Shown here piece after piece: positions 38,106 to 47,671 of a DNA stretch of 52,440 nucleotides. The translations under genes were made by a program, and so were the position numbers. The stretch is taken from positions 1 through 52,440 of the IMG/VR virus record IMGVR_UViG_3300032069_000016; one strand, 5' to 3'. This stretch comes from a virus. Lineage: Duplodnaviria > Caudoviricetes. Numbering within the stretch: the stretch's first letter is position 1; each line of letters begins with the position of its first letter. A model generated the notes under the pieces. It was not told the DNA's origin. It did not search any database and saw only the letters and a program-made list of their open reading frames with translations.

Positions 38106-38462
38106 TCATTTCACCTTCTCAATTTCCTGTGTAATTCCATTAAGATAAAACTCCTCAACCACATTATTATCCGAATCCACTTTGCCGATTGTTCTGCCGA
38201 CTACCGCATAAGACGAACCCTTGCCGTCCATCATCAATCTGCTCCTGATTGCCTGATATACTTTCTCGTTGCTCCCTATATTCATTTTATACGATAATTG
38301 GCCGAGATTCACCGTAAGGGATTTTAACTCGCCTTTGAAAATCATCGCTTGTCTCAAAACGCCGTCTAAATTGATAGTTTCCAAATCGGCCAAGTCATTC
38401 CAACTGGTATCTTCTTCGGTAATAATTTTCCCATCGGGATATTCGGCAATGTAATTGCTCAT
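38106..38462 (-). CDS. Hypothetical tail-region protein
   Basis: YIAEYPDG start resembles 36894..37253. Confidence 0.7.
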   Translation of the reverse strand: MSNYIAEYPDGKIITEEDTSWNDLADLETINLDGVLRQAMIFKGELKSLTVNLGQLSYKMNIGSNEKVYQAIRSRLMMDGKGSSYAVVGRTIGKVDSDNNVVEEFYLNGITQEIEKVK

Positions 38463-38659
38463 ATTCCAAAAATCTCCTGCGGCTCGCCTAACGGGTGAGG
38501 TTTGTCAAAATCCATAGAAATCATAATGCCATCGCTGACTCTTTGAACATTAACTATCTTATATGGCAGATTATAGATTATCAACCTTTCCCCTGGCTCC
38601 AAGAATTTCTCCACCTTGTTCTCTTTTTTTGCCCAGAACTTTTTGAAAGGATTTTTCAT
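38459..38659 (-). CDS. Small hypothetical protein
   Basis: 66 aa; begins MKNPFKKFW. Confidence 0.6.
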   Translation of the reverse strand: MKNPFKKFWAKKENKVEKFLEPGERLIIYNLPYKIVNVQRVSDGIMISMDFDKPHPLGEPQEIFGI

Positions 38660-38664
38660 ATTGG

Positions 38665-39096
38665 TTAACCAATGACTTGCGTTGATTCGGTTAATTCTAC
38701 TTCCATTAAAACATAGGGGTCTTCCACCGTAGAATAATTTGGAATTATCTCATTTAGGTTTGTGAAAAATACCCCTTTGCTTGCGCTTGGCGGCTCGCCA
38801 AATGGGTCTAAGAATTGCAACGACTTGGCAATCTTGGCGTAGCTTGCTTCAAGGTTCTGTCTTTGCTGGTCTAATGTTTGAGTTATTCCATCCTTATACG
38901 GCAACGAATCTGGTTTCCAATTCGTAAGGATAAGTGTGAAAGAATAAACTCGGATACCGGGGCCTCTATCAATGAAGTTCAAATGAATGCCGACCGTATT
39001 TATCAAAGCGGAAAACAATCTTGCCCAACGCCTAACATAGGTTGCTGAAGCAACCGCATATTTATGGCCATCAATTACAACATAGCGATACATCAT
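38665..39096 (-). CDS. Putative distal tail protein
   Basis: Follows the tape measure gene; size; MEVELTE C-terminus. Confidence 0.6.
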   Translation of the reverse strand: MMYRYVVIDGHKYAVASATYVRRWARLFSALINTVGIHLNFIDRGPGIRVYSFTLILTNWKPDSLPYKDGITQTLDQQRQNLEASYAKIAKSLQFLDPFGEPPSASKGVFFTNLNEIIPNYSTVEDPYVLMEVELTESTQVIG

Positions 39097-39102
39097 AATA
39101 GA

Positions 39103-40656
39103 TTATCCTGCGTGATACTGCTGTTGCAGTATTCTTAGTATTTGCCGTGCGCTTTCTTCTCCCCCGCCCATTATATTGAAATAATTAGTGAAAACCACTC
39201 CTTGTCCTGGTGCTCCCATCACGCTTGGCGGAGTTACTGTTGGCGTTGGAACTGGCTTACCTGCTTTCGTCGGCTGGGTAGTAAATTGAGTTCCAGGAAT
39301 TTCAAGTTCAACTTCGGCTCTTCTGGCTGCCGTTTCCTTCGCCAATAATCTCCTTTGGGCCTCTGGTGTTAAAAGCGTCTCCTCGGCGGGTTTTATTCCT
39401 GCCCACGAAGCGGCAACATCTTCTACGCTTGACTTCAAGCCCTCCCAAAGCCCTTTTGCCGAGATAGATTTTACAAGTTCATTTATACCAGTAAAGAGAC
39501 CTTGGAGTGTTTTAATAGGGTGAACAACCCCTGCGATTGTTGTCCCCATCCCCAAAAGCAGATTTATAAATTCTTTGACAAAATCAACAATTCTGGGGTC
39601 GGTAAAAGCGGTTTTGAACTCATTCCACGCTCTCTTTATTTGGTCGGTTTCTGATACCCCTTTTTCAAACTCCTCATTCAAACTTTTCATATACATTATA
39701 TTGTCAATCTGTCTCTGTTTAATTTCATCAAAAGCGGTTACGGACGCACTCCTCAATTCCATAACTGCTTCTTTGTTCAGACCCCACATTTCACCCAAAG
39801 CGATTGCGGCCACAAGAGACCTGTTTCTGATTGCATCGGCGACTGCTTCAAAGGCGGCAACGATTCCTCTTTCTTCTATAAGCGTGCTAATCTGTTTTCC
39901 TGTTGCATTCAGATAATTGAGGGCTTCGCGAGGGTCATTTATTGCCTTTGTAATTGCCGCCATAACACTCACAACCGTTCCTCTCGTGAAACCTGCCTGC
40001 ATTGAAAAAGCGGCTAAACCCTCAACGGCATCTGTAAAAGTTGTAGCTTTTCTTAACAAGGGGCCAGCATCAACAACCATCTTAACAAATTCGTCCCAAG
40101 TGAAAGCGCTATTCTTCTGAGCGCTATTCAGATAATCAAACGCTTTTACCGCCGCGGGAACCGTATTGATGTTCCAAGCTTTCAAAACATCAATCATATT
40201 CATAATAGTGGTAACATAATCCAGTCCTCTTAACTCGGCTAACTTGGTGGACTGGGACGCAATTATCATCTGGACTGCACTATCAAAAGAGGTCTTGGAT
40301 AATAGAGCTAACCCCTTTGCGGTATCTTCAGTGCTGATAGTTGTCCCTATTGCAAGACTGCGAGCCGATTCGCTCATTTCTCCGATGTTCTCTGAGAACA
40401 CATCGGTTGCGCCAGCGGCGCTTTTCATCAATGCATCGTTAAAACTGAGCACCCGAGTAATCGCCAATGCAAACATAGCGGCAATACCGCTAATAACAGC
40501 GGGTGATATAGTGCGAGCCATTATCATTTGCCAGTTCACTTCCTGCTTATTCATTGAACTGACAAAACTTGTAACTGCAGTTATCGCCCTCTTTAATTGA
40601 GATTCAAGCCCGCTTCTGTCCGCCTCTATAAGGATTTCTAAGGTATCAATTACCAT
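39103..40656 (-). CDS. Tape measure protein
   Basis: LEILIEAD start, Ala-rich helical, follows the chaperones. Confidence 0.85.
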   Translation of the reverse strand: MVIDTLEILIEADRSGLESQLKRAITAVTSFVSSMNKQEVNWQMIMARTISPAVISGIAAMFALAITRVLSFNDALMKSAAGATDVFSENIGEMSESARSLAIGTTISTEDTAKGLALLSKTSFDSAVQMIIASQSTKLAELRGLDYVTTIMNMIDVLKAWNINTVPAAVKAFDYLNSAQKNSAFTWDEFVKMVVDAGPLLRKATTFTDAVEGLAAFSMQAGFTRGTVVSVMAAITKAINDPREALNYLNATGKQISTLIEERGIVAAFEAVADAIRNRSLVAAIALGEMWGLNKEAVMELRSASVTAFDEIKQRQIDNIMYMKSLNEEFEKGVSETDQIKRAWNEFKTAFTDPRIVDFVKEFINLLLGMGTTIAGVVHPIKTLQGLFTGINELVKSISAKGLWEGLKSSVEDVAASWAGIKPAEETLLTPEAQRRLLAKETAARRAEVELEIPGTQFTTQPTKAGKPVPTPTVTPPSVMGAPGQGVVFTNYFNIMGGGEESARQILRILQQQYHAG

Positions 40657-40951
40657 CGGATTTGCTGGGCTTGCGGATTACTTTTTGAGGTATGCCCGCA
40701 AACAGATTAAACCGCCGAATACCCTCGGGGGTAAGGTCGCTGGCCTCATCTTCCGGCTTTCCAGTCCAAGCGTTCAGATAAATCTTGAGCTGTTCCAAAG
40801 TAAGCTCCCCTATTTGCTTTGGAGTCCATCCTGTCCTGTCTGTGATGAGGGCAAAGAGTTGTCCGAAGTCAAGCGGCTTTCCAGTGCTTTCCCCAGCTTC
40901 TGGGCCAGTTCCTTCCGTTGCGGGCTCATAAAACCCAGCATAGTTAAACAT
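40646..40951 (-). CDS. Tail assembly chaperone, T-like segment (-1 frame relative to G)
   Basis: TGWTPKQIGELTLEQL motif; overlaps the 3' end of G. Confidence 0.65.
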   Translation of the reverse strand: MFNYAGFYEPATEGTGPEAGESTGKPLDFGQLFALITDRTGWTPKQIGELTLEQLKIYLNAWTGKPEDEASDLTPEGIRRFNLFAGIPQKVIRKPSKSDGN

Positions 40952-41211
40952 TCCAAGACATCAATGTCGGCAGGAGTGTTCTGCAAAACAAAATCCTCGG
41001 TCAAAGTCGGGTCAACATCTTTCAGGACGATGCAGATAGCATAAGCGACTAATCTTAAATCGGGCGAGGGGTCTTTTGCATCCTGCAATTCTTTTACTCT
41101 TTTCTGATAAAGTATCGCTTTCTCCAGATTGGCTTTCTTCACCTGATATTCTTTGCCCGCAAACTTGAAAGTGAAAGGCGGATTTACCAACTGATAAAGT
41201 GTATCGCTCAT
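40810..41211 (-). CDS. Tail assembly chaperone (G-like)
   Basis: Between tail tube and tape measure genes. Confidence 0.7.
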   Translation of the reverse strand: MSDTLYQLVNPPFTFKFAGKEYQVKKANLEKAILYQKRVKELQDAKDPSPDLRLVAYAICIVLKDVDPTLTEDFVLQNTPADIDVLECLTMLGFMSPQRKELAQKLGKALESRLTSDNSLPSSQTGQDGLQSK

Positions 41212-41231
41212 AGATTTTCAACTTAACTTAA

Positions 41232-41699
41232 TCAGACCGAATACAAGGCGACTATATCTTGGGCTTCCAGCTCAAAGTCCCACTCGGCGAATTCGCCCAT
41301 CGTGGCGGTTGCCTTTGAACTCTTGAATACTGCTCCGCTCAACTGATACTGGATTTCTTTTCCGTTCCTGTCATAAAAAGTCAGAACGGGAGCGGCGAGA
41401 GTTGGCTGTCCGTCCAAAGTATCAATCTCGTTCGGCGTGCCTGCGGCTGACGACCCCCAAGCCAGATTTTCCATCTCGGGAGCGAATGCCTTTATCTTCC
41501 CCGTGAGATTTACTCTCTGTGAATGTCTCGCAATATCGGCTGGCTTAATCGTATTGATTACATACAAAGTATTCAGCGTCCACTCTATAGTCAAAGCGAT
41601 GTTATTCAAATCCACGAGGCGATTGCTTCCGAAATCCAATGTCCCAGAATTAAAAACTATTCTCTGGATTATGTTACTTCCTGGTGTTTGAAAACTCAT
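41232..41699 (-). CDS. Major tail tube protein
   Basis: Position; beta-rich; EWDFELEA. Confidence 0.75.
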   Translation of the reverse strand: MSFQTPGSNIIQRIVFNSGTLDFGSNRLVDLNNIALTIEWTLNTLYVINTIKPADIARHSQRVNLTGKIKAFAPEMENLAWGSSAAGTPNEIDTLDGQPTLAAPVLTFYDRNGKEIQYQLSGAVFKSSKATATMGEFAEWDFELEAQDIVALYSV

Positions 41700-41785
41700 A
41701 TTCTTTTTGCTTTTGTTAATTACTTTTTTACGACCAAGACATATGAAATGTCTCCACTTCTATTATACTCCAAAAATAATGATTT

Positions 41786-42190
41786 TCATTGAACCCATAC
41801 CTCAAAAGTCGTTGCTCTGTGCCAGATTCTTCGGTCTGTTTCATACATATCAACCGAACCCGATGACCTTTCGTAAAAGATATGGTTCCCGCCTTGGTCA
41901 GTGGTCAAATAATTCAACAAAGTTAAAATTCTTTCGTAAATGTTCTCAACTTCCAGCTGGCTATCACGCGACCAAATATCCAACTGGAAGCTTGTTTCTC
42001 TCGTATTCTTCGGAACTAAATTGGTCAGCTCCGTAATCTGATGCAGATTTATCTGGGGCAAAGTCAGCGAAGCGACCTGCTCTTGAGCAATATCAACAGG
42101 GCCGACTAAAATGTTCGTCGCTGGAACTATGACCGTCAGCGTCGGGTCGGTAGTCAGGATATTTACAATTTTTACGAATAGATTTGTCAT
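41786..42190 (-). CDS. Tail terminator/completion protein
   Basis: LPQI ... FQLDIWS. Confidence 0.75.
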   Translation of the reverse strand: MTNLFVKIVNILTTDPTLTVIVPATNILVGPVDIAQEQVASLTLPQINLHQITELTNLVPKNTRETSFQLDIWSRDSQLEVENIYERILTLLNYLTTDQGGNHIFYERSSGSVDMYETDRRIWHRATTFEVWVQ

Positions 42191-42669
42191 TCTCTATTTA
42201 TGGTAACACCGATGCTTACTTTCCTGAAAATTCTTTTTATTAAATCTTTACCCATCTGGGCGGCTGGCCTGATGAATGGTCTGGGCAACATCCTGCTTGT
42301 GCCGAACTCAACCCACTTCGCATAGGGAGCGGTCGGGCCTCCCGCAGTTATCTCACCGACGACTTTTTTCTTCTCCATACGGACATCCTTCTCAATGCTC
42401 GCCCTCAACAACCCCGTCTGAACTGGAACGCCGAAAGCGGCATTCGGGTCTGATACCCTGTATGCCTTGCTCCAACGATGCCTGACTGGGGTCTTGCGTC
42501 TTTCAACCTTTGGTCTTATGGTTCTTGCCAGATTGTAAACTATATTGACGGCGGCCTTCATCTTCGTCATCAAATCAGCATCCATTTTTTTTGCTTCTTT
42601 TTGCCAACTTGCCCCTATCTTATCAGCGGCACTTGTTGAAATGAAAAATGATTTCCCTTTTAACAGCAT
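42187..42669 (-). CDS. HK97 gp10-like neck protein
   Basis: PVQTGLLRASI, YAKWVEFGTSRMLPRPFIRPA. Confidence 0.9.
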   Translation of the reverse strand: MLLKGKSFFISTSAADKIGASWQKEAKKMDADLMTKMKAAVNIVYNLARTIRPKVERRKTPVRHRWSKAYRVSDPNAAFGVPVQTGLLRASIEKDVRMEKKKVVGEITAGGPTAPYAKWVEFGTSRMLPRPFIRPAAQMGKDLIKRIFRKVSIGVTINRE

Positions 42670-42670
42670 A

Positions 42671-43099
42671 TCAAATCAACGGAATCAAGACACACCTGCA
42701 ATTCGGGTGAACTGGAGGCGCGGCTCGTCCTTCGTGAATTAACTCTCCCTTGCTGAACACTCTCCTCCCGCCTCCCGCAAATATCCTGCAAGCCAGACAG
42801 GGATTCGGACTTAATTCTATTCTGAACTTCTCTATGCCTAATACCTCGGCATCTTCCTTAATTTCTTCGGATTCAACCTTTTTGGCTTCGGTTCTGAAAA
42901 CCCTTTCAGCGTGCCATTTCTTGGGTAACTGGGCTGGAAAATCGCTCTGTAAACGCTCTATAATCTCTCTGGCGGGGGTTTTTTGGGCTTCAAGGTGTCC
43001 CATAGTGTCTTGGGCCTCTTGGAGCTGTCCTGGGGTCATTTTTTTATTTATCCACCAAGACCGAAAACTCTGATTTTTGTCAAGACGATACCCGTTCAT
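42671..43099 (-). CDS. Short MuF / SPP1 gp7-like minor head protein
   Basis: AERVFRTE ... CLAC ... PPVHPNCRC. Confidence 0.8.
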   Translation of the reverse strand: MNGYRLDKNQSFRSWWINKKMTPGQLQEAQDTMGHLEAQKTPAREIIERLQSDFPAQLPKKWHAERVFRTEAKKVESEEIKEDAEVLGIEKFRIELSPNPCLACRIFAGGGRRVFSKGELIHEGRAAPPVHPNCRCVLIPLI

Positions 43100-43455
43100 T
43101 ATGGCAATGCTACTTGGGCTTCGTAATGGTCAACTATCCCTCCCAAAAGGAAAGCTGGCACTACGCCCAGAATAACATATTCAATTCCATCATCAGTTAC
43201 TATTCTGTCTTCCGCTTTGATATGGTAATCTCTCCCGTAATACATTACTCCTGTCGGCAGAACCCTTTCCCCCATCGGGCTGAACTGGATTTCTTTCTGC
43301 GTGAAAGCAAGACGAGCTGGCATACTCGCATAAACAATCGTCCACGAGTCAGTGGGCGAGCCGTAAACTGGATTATTCAAAGCATCGCGGGGAGCAGTGC
43401 TGGAATCAGCCCTCCGCTTTACAGATACGAGTGTATTGAGTAATGCAGGAATCAT
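43099..43455 (-). CDS. Head closure protein
   Basis: IKAEDRIV...YVI...HYE; position. Confidence 0.75.
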   Translation of the reverse strand: MIPALLNTLVSVKRRADSSTAPRDALNNPVYGSPTDSWTIVYASMPARLAFTQKEIQFSPMGERVLPTGVMYYGRDYHIKAEDRIVTDDGIEYVILGVVPAFLLGGIVDHYEAQVALP

Positions 43456-43471
43456 AAAATAAAATCATAGC

Positions 43472-44449
43472 TTAAAAGAAATAGGGCATATTCCTGACAT
43501 AAGGTTCAAGCAACTGCTCTACTCTCTCATAAACCTTGCTCTTATCTCCGAACGATATGTTGTATGTCTGAATATCAAAGCTTGCGGCTCCCAGCGGATT
43601 CTGTTGCGCTTGCCCAATCATATGGGTTGCCAAAAGAAGGCACGCCTCTTTGATGTCAAACGGGACTGATTCATTGGTCGTGAAATCCGCTGTAACTGTA
43701 TGGCTTGCTCCGATAGTCGCTTTGAAAGTTACAATCCCATTTGGGTAATCAACCGTGTAATCCGCTGGAGCTTTCAAAACCGTATCTACATAAACATTCA
43801 AAGTCATATCCTTTGACCATAACCTATTGCCCAAATCCACCTGAAAGGTCGTGTGAACTGTGGCTGGGGGAACTTCCGTCAATACTTGGCCTGTCAGCAG
43901 TGTCCCGTAACCAAAAGTATAATTCGTCCAAAGAACGCCTAACGGAACTCGGTCTAAAATTGCAGCTGGTATTGGCGTGCCGACTCCCGTTCCTGCAGAA
44001 CTCAATAGCGGGACTATCTTGTAATATCCGTAATCTGGGAAGTCCTGCAAATAGGCGGCGGGCGAACTTGTGTCCACCTGAATAAACCATTTGAGAACCT
44101 GAATATAGACGGAATTGATTTTCTGATAAGGCAAATTGGCCAGCACTACCGTAACCAGTTGAGGATTATACGGCCTGACCCAGAAATTAGTTTTGGTTTC
44201 GTCTATTATTTGCGTATCAAAATACCTTCGGCAAAACCTGTTTATCCAAGCCGAAGCCCGTAAAATAATCTTGTCCAGCTCGCCCGATGTATAAAGCTGA
44301 TGGCTGTTCGTTATCTGCAAACCTGATGCCTCCACCGAATTAACATAGTCATCTTTCGTGATATACGGATTGTCAACGGCTATCTTTTTCCGCTGTCCCG
44401 TAGGCGTGCTGGTCGGGGTCGCAAAATATCCGCTTTGTATCGTTTCCAT
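43472..44449 (-). CDS. Head-tail adaptor with inserted domains
   Basis: RASAWINRFCRRYF; VPFDIKEAC; LLEPY. Confidence 0.75.
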   Translation of the reverse strand: METIQSGYFATPTSTPTGQRKKIAVDNPYITKDDYVNSVEASGLQITNSHQLYTSGELDKIILRASAWINRFCRRYFDTQIIDETKTNFWVRPYNPQLVTVVLANLPYQKINSVYIQVLKWFIQVDTSSPAAYLQDFPDYGYYKIVPLLSSAGTGVGTPIPAAILDRVPLGVLWTNYTFGYGTLLTGQVLTEVPPATVHTTFQVDLGNRLWSKDMTLNVYVDTVLKAPADYTVDYPNGIVTFKATIGASHTVTADFTTNESVPFDIKEACLLLATHMIGQAQQNPLGAASFDIQTYNISFGDKSKVYERVEQLLEPYVRNMPYFF

Positions 44450-44450
44450 A

Positions 44451-45065
44451 TTATCTAAAAATGCTATCTGCTATACTTTGGGCTTCGCTTTTATCTATCC
44501 CTCTTACGAAAACTTGGTATGCGGTAGAAAATACATTGGAAGTCCGCCCAGTCATAATCTTGACTTCTCCGCCCTTGCTTTTAATTTGGCTTTTGAATTG
44601 GTCAATCTTTGATTTGACTTCGCTTCCCTTGTGTTCACCCGCATCTTCCCATTCGCCAGTAACCCAATTGGAATGGACTTCAAACCATTCTGTTCCTTTC
44701 TTGGGGGTAACTTCTTCGTAGCCACGCCACGCATCGGTAGAAACCCACTTCCTTTGGAAATCCGACTTTTCTATTCGGGACTTCTTCTTCCATCCGTGAG
44801 CCGCACCTTTCGTGCCTTCCTGAACTTCGTATTTGCTTGGAACATAATTCCCATAAGCATCCTGGAATCCCTTTGGCCCAAGCGTGCATCGCCCAGACTC
44901 TATACATTCCATAGCTGCACGCCCAACAGAACCTTCAAGATGCCAAGCCATACCATTATCAATCAAACGCTGAAGTTGTTTGACATCACCTTCTTTGGCT
45001 TCATCAATGTCTTGATAGCCAACTTTCGCTTTATTAAATTGTTTCCAATATGTTTTGAATTTCAT
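44451..45065 (-). CDS. Head-region protein with FKxYWK leader and two modules
   Basis: MKFKTYWKQFNK-A ... IEK-S. Confidence 0.75.
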   Translation of the reverse strand: MKFKTYWKQFNKAKVGYQDIDEAKEGDVKQLQRLIDNGMAWHLEGSVGRAAMECIESGRCTLGPKGFQDAYGNYVPSKYEVQEGTKGAAHGWKKKSRIEKSDFQRKWVSTDAWRGYEEVTPKKGTEWFEVHSNWVTGEWEDAGEHKGSEVKSKIDQFKSQIKSKGGEVKIMTGRTSNVFSTAYQVFVRGIDKSEAQSIADSIFR

Positions 45066-45174
45066 AGTTAGTTATGGTTGAACCTTCTTTTTTGAAGTTC
45101 CAGATACCATTGCTTAACTTTAATCAGCCATAGAAAGAATCTCTGCCAACCCAATTTTATTTTTTCTTTGAACA

Positions 45175-45606
45175 TTATACTGATTGAGCCGCCCATCTTA
45201 CCCACCCGTCTTTTGTTCTGGGCGAATTATTCCTGTTAATCATATCATCAACTTTCTCGCGTATGATGTCCTCGTCTTCATCGGGATTCTCTCTTTCAAA
45301 CCCGAGAGATAATTTTTCCCAAACTTCTGCTTGCGTATCAGCATCTAATTCCCCATAGTAAAACCTCTTGGGGACATACTCGCCCGCTTTTTTAACTTCC
45401 TCCTTCACAATCGTAAGTCCGAGTTGCTGAGCAATATAATTTATGTGTTTACTTGTGGTTGGGCTCCACCAGCCGTGAACAATTAACTTGTCTCCCTTAA
45501 TCGTAGCGACGTGGGTTCCATAACTATAAACCTTATCGCCTATGACTTGGAGATTTTGTTTATATCTTTCCATTTGTTGCTTCCAAAATTCTTTGAACTT
45601 ATTCAT
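45175..45606 (-). CDS. Head-region protein with FKxFWK leader and two modules
   Basis: ATGA-coupled start MNKFKEFWKQ ... VKK-A. Confidence 0.75.
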   Translation of the reverse strand: MNKFKEFWKQQMERYKQNLQVIGDKVYSYGTHVATIKGDKLIVHGWWSPTTSKHINYIAQQLGLTIVKEEVKKAGEYVPKRFYYGELDADTQAEVWEKLSLGFERENPDEDEDIIREKVDDMINRNNSPRTKDGWVRWAAQSV

Positions 45607-46799
45607 AGATGTTTTGCCAATGCTTCGTGGAACATTTTTATCTTGTCCCGCCAAAGCCAATTAGCTTTTACATACTCGGCAGCTTTTCTGCCCTTCTCCT
45701 TAACCTCGTCCTGATGCTCATAAGCATATCTTAATCTGAAAATCAATTCATCAAGATTCGGCTCTGCCCATTCGCCGCAGTCCTCTTTATAAACCTTCTT
45801 TGTAAAATTGTCCGCTGGAACCATTTTGAAATCGTTTAACATCCAGCCGACTTCTTCGTTATTATACTCCGCCATTCCACTCCAATTTGTCGTAATCGCT
45901 GGCACTCCCGTAGCCATCGCCTCTAATGGCGGAAGGCCGAATCCTTCGCCTCTTGACGGATAAACGAAGCAATTAATTTTCTTAAAAAATGTTTCAATCA
46001 ATTCGCTATGCGGAATTCCGTTGAACGCTTGCTGAACTTCCACTCTCTTATCTTTGACCATAAACGGATAATACGGCAACGATGTCTTATTTATCAGCTT
46101 TACCTTCTGCTTTGATGAAAACGCCCTTCTAAATGCTTCCACCAACAAATCCGTTCCTTTCCTTACGGTCAATGCCCCCAAATGGCCGAAAGTAAATACT
46201 TCGTTATTTCTTTCAAGCGGATAAAACTTTGTCTCGTCAATCCCCAGCTGGGTCAGCTCAACGGGGATTTTTACTCCGCTATTCGCCATCATTCCGATAT
46301 TCTGCTTGCAAGGAACGCAGACCGCATCAAGCGAATTCAACCTCGGAACCCAGCTCTCTGGTACCCGCGTCGTCTCAAACATAGTGAGGGCGATATTCTT
46401 GGCGAATGGACTGCTACGCCAATGCTCCTTCGGCTGTTCGTGCCAGACCATCGCCATATCGGGCGGGATTTCTCTCTTGGCATTCCTGATAACCTTGTCT
46501 GGTTCACCAATCAGCTTTCCAGTCCAGCGAATATCATATCCTGCCTGCTGACTATATTTGAGCAGGTTATACATAGTATTCCCGTAACCGCTTGTGAAAT
46601 CCGCTTGCCCGACAATACCGAAACGCTTTTCCTGCCAATGCTGCGGGTTATATGTTTTTTGTAAATCCGCCTTAACGGAATACTTCTGGCATAGTTCAAG
46701 CAAATCGGGAAAGGGCATTTCAATAACTACTCCCGTGTCATACATTTTCCCACCGCAATTCACTACACATACTTTTGTATTATCTATAATTGCTTTCAT
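45603..46799 (-). CDS. GT4 family glycosyltransferase
   Basis: SGYG, RKGTDLL, PSRGEGFGLPPLEAMATG. Confidence 0.92.
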   Translation of the reverse strand: MKAIIDNTKVCVVNCGGKMYDTGVVIEMPFPDLLELCQKYSVKADLQKTYNPQHWQEKRFGIVGQADFTSGYGNTMYNLLKYSQQAGYDIRWTGKLIGEPDKVIRNAKREIPPDMAMVWHEQPKEHWRSSPFAKNIALTMFETTRVPESWVPRLNSLDAVCVPCKQNIGMMANSGVKIPVELTQLGIDETKFYPLERNNEVFTFGHLGALTVRKGTDLLVEAFRRAFSSKQKVKLINKTSLPYYPFMVKDKRVEVQQAFNGIPHSELIETFFKKINCFVYPSRGEGFGLPPLEAMATGVPAITTNWSGMAEYNNEEVGWMLNDFKMVPADNFTKKVYKEDCGEWAEPNLDELIFRLRYAYEHQDEVKEKGRKAAEYVKANWLWRDKIKMFHEALAKHL

Positions 46800-46807
46800 T
46801 TTTTGGA

Positions 46808-46876
46808 AAGAGCCAGTTCTCTCCAGCAGGGGTTATGTCGGCTCGGAGAAGCGACACAACACCCCAACTGGCTCTC
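46808..46876 (-). other. Structured RNA element directly after the capsid stop codon
   Basis: 11-bp outer stem, long inner stem, loop CTCC complementary to GGAG. Confidence 0.55.
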
Positions 46877-46877
46877 G

Positions 46878-47600
46878 TTAGGCGGGGTCTGCTACATTCT
46901 TTAGGACTCCTACCCACGGCTCTGCTTTCAACGCTAATACCAAGTATTCGTTGATATAGAACCGCACGGTATCCGCTAACTTGGCGAGTTCGGTTCGGCC
47001 AAGTGGAACGAGGTCAACCATCTGAACTCCTTGCTCATCGTGCCGCAAGAAGTAAACATTGGAGACCAACGAACCAGTTGCACCTGACGACCCGTCAGCT
47101 TGGGCGGGATACGGAAGAGCAGGATTGGCAAAGAAATCACCGATTACGGGAACAGGGCCAAGGGGCGACTGATACTGAACGATATGCTCACCAGCAAAGA
47201 ATGTTCCTGCCTGTTCAACATTGATAAAGTAGCGGGCGGCAGTGGCAACAATTTGGTTCACAACTGCTTGTAAGCCAAAGGACAGATAAATTCCGTCCAA
47301 CTTGTTTCCACCCTGCAACCTGACTTTCTTTATGATTGCATCAAAGGCGGGAATTACCACGCCGACAGCCGTCAAAGCCGCACCTGAATTGTCCCCGACA
47401 TTGGTAACGATTTGCTTGTCAAATCCGTCAAACGCCAACGGGGTAACTGCGGAATCGGCTTTGAAATCAGCCCACTCTTCGGCTTGGATTATTCTTCGCA
47501 GGGACGCTTCGGCTATCTCGGCCTCAATGTCAATGTAACTCCTGCCTGATGCAATCATCGGGCCAGTAATTACAGCGGTCGTGCCAAGATACTTATATGC
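46878..47600 (-). CDS. Major capsid protein, exon 3
   Basis: AYKYLG...; HK97-like C-terminus YQSPLGPVPV, TELAK, EYLVLALKAE. Confidence 0.9.
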   Translation of the reverse strand, partial: AYKYLGTTAVITGPMIASGRSYIDIEAEIAEASLRRIIQAEEWADFKADSAVTPLAFDGFDKQIVTNVGDNSGAALTAVGVVIPAFDAIIKKVRLQGGNKLDGIYLSFGLQAVVNQIVATAARYFINVEQAGTFFAGEHIVQYQSPLGPVPVIGDFFANPALPYPAQADGSSGATGSLVSNVYFLRHDEQGVQMVDLVPLGRTELAKLADTVRFYINEYLVLALKAEPWVGVLKNVADPA

Positions 47601-47671
47601 CAACTGTTATACTCTTTTTAGAGCAGATAGGACATTTCTGCCTATCTCTTATAGTTTCCTATAAGTTCGGA

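Noticed and set aside
40885-40900. GGGAAAG as a lambda-type G/T slippery site
   Set aside because: It is read GGG AAA G in the G frame, not G GGA AAG; a -1 shift is plausible but this site is not canonical
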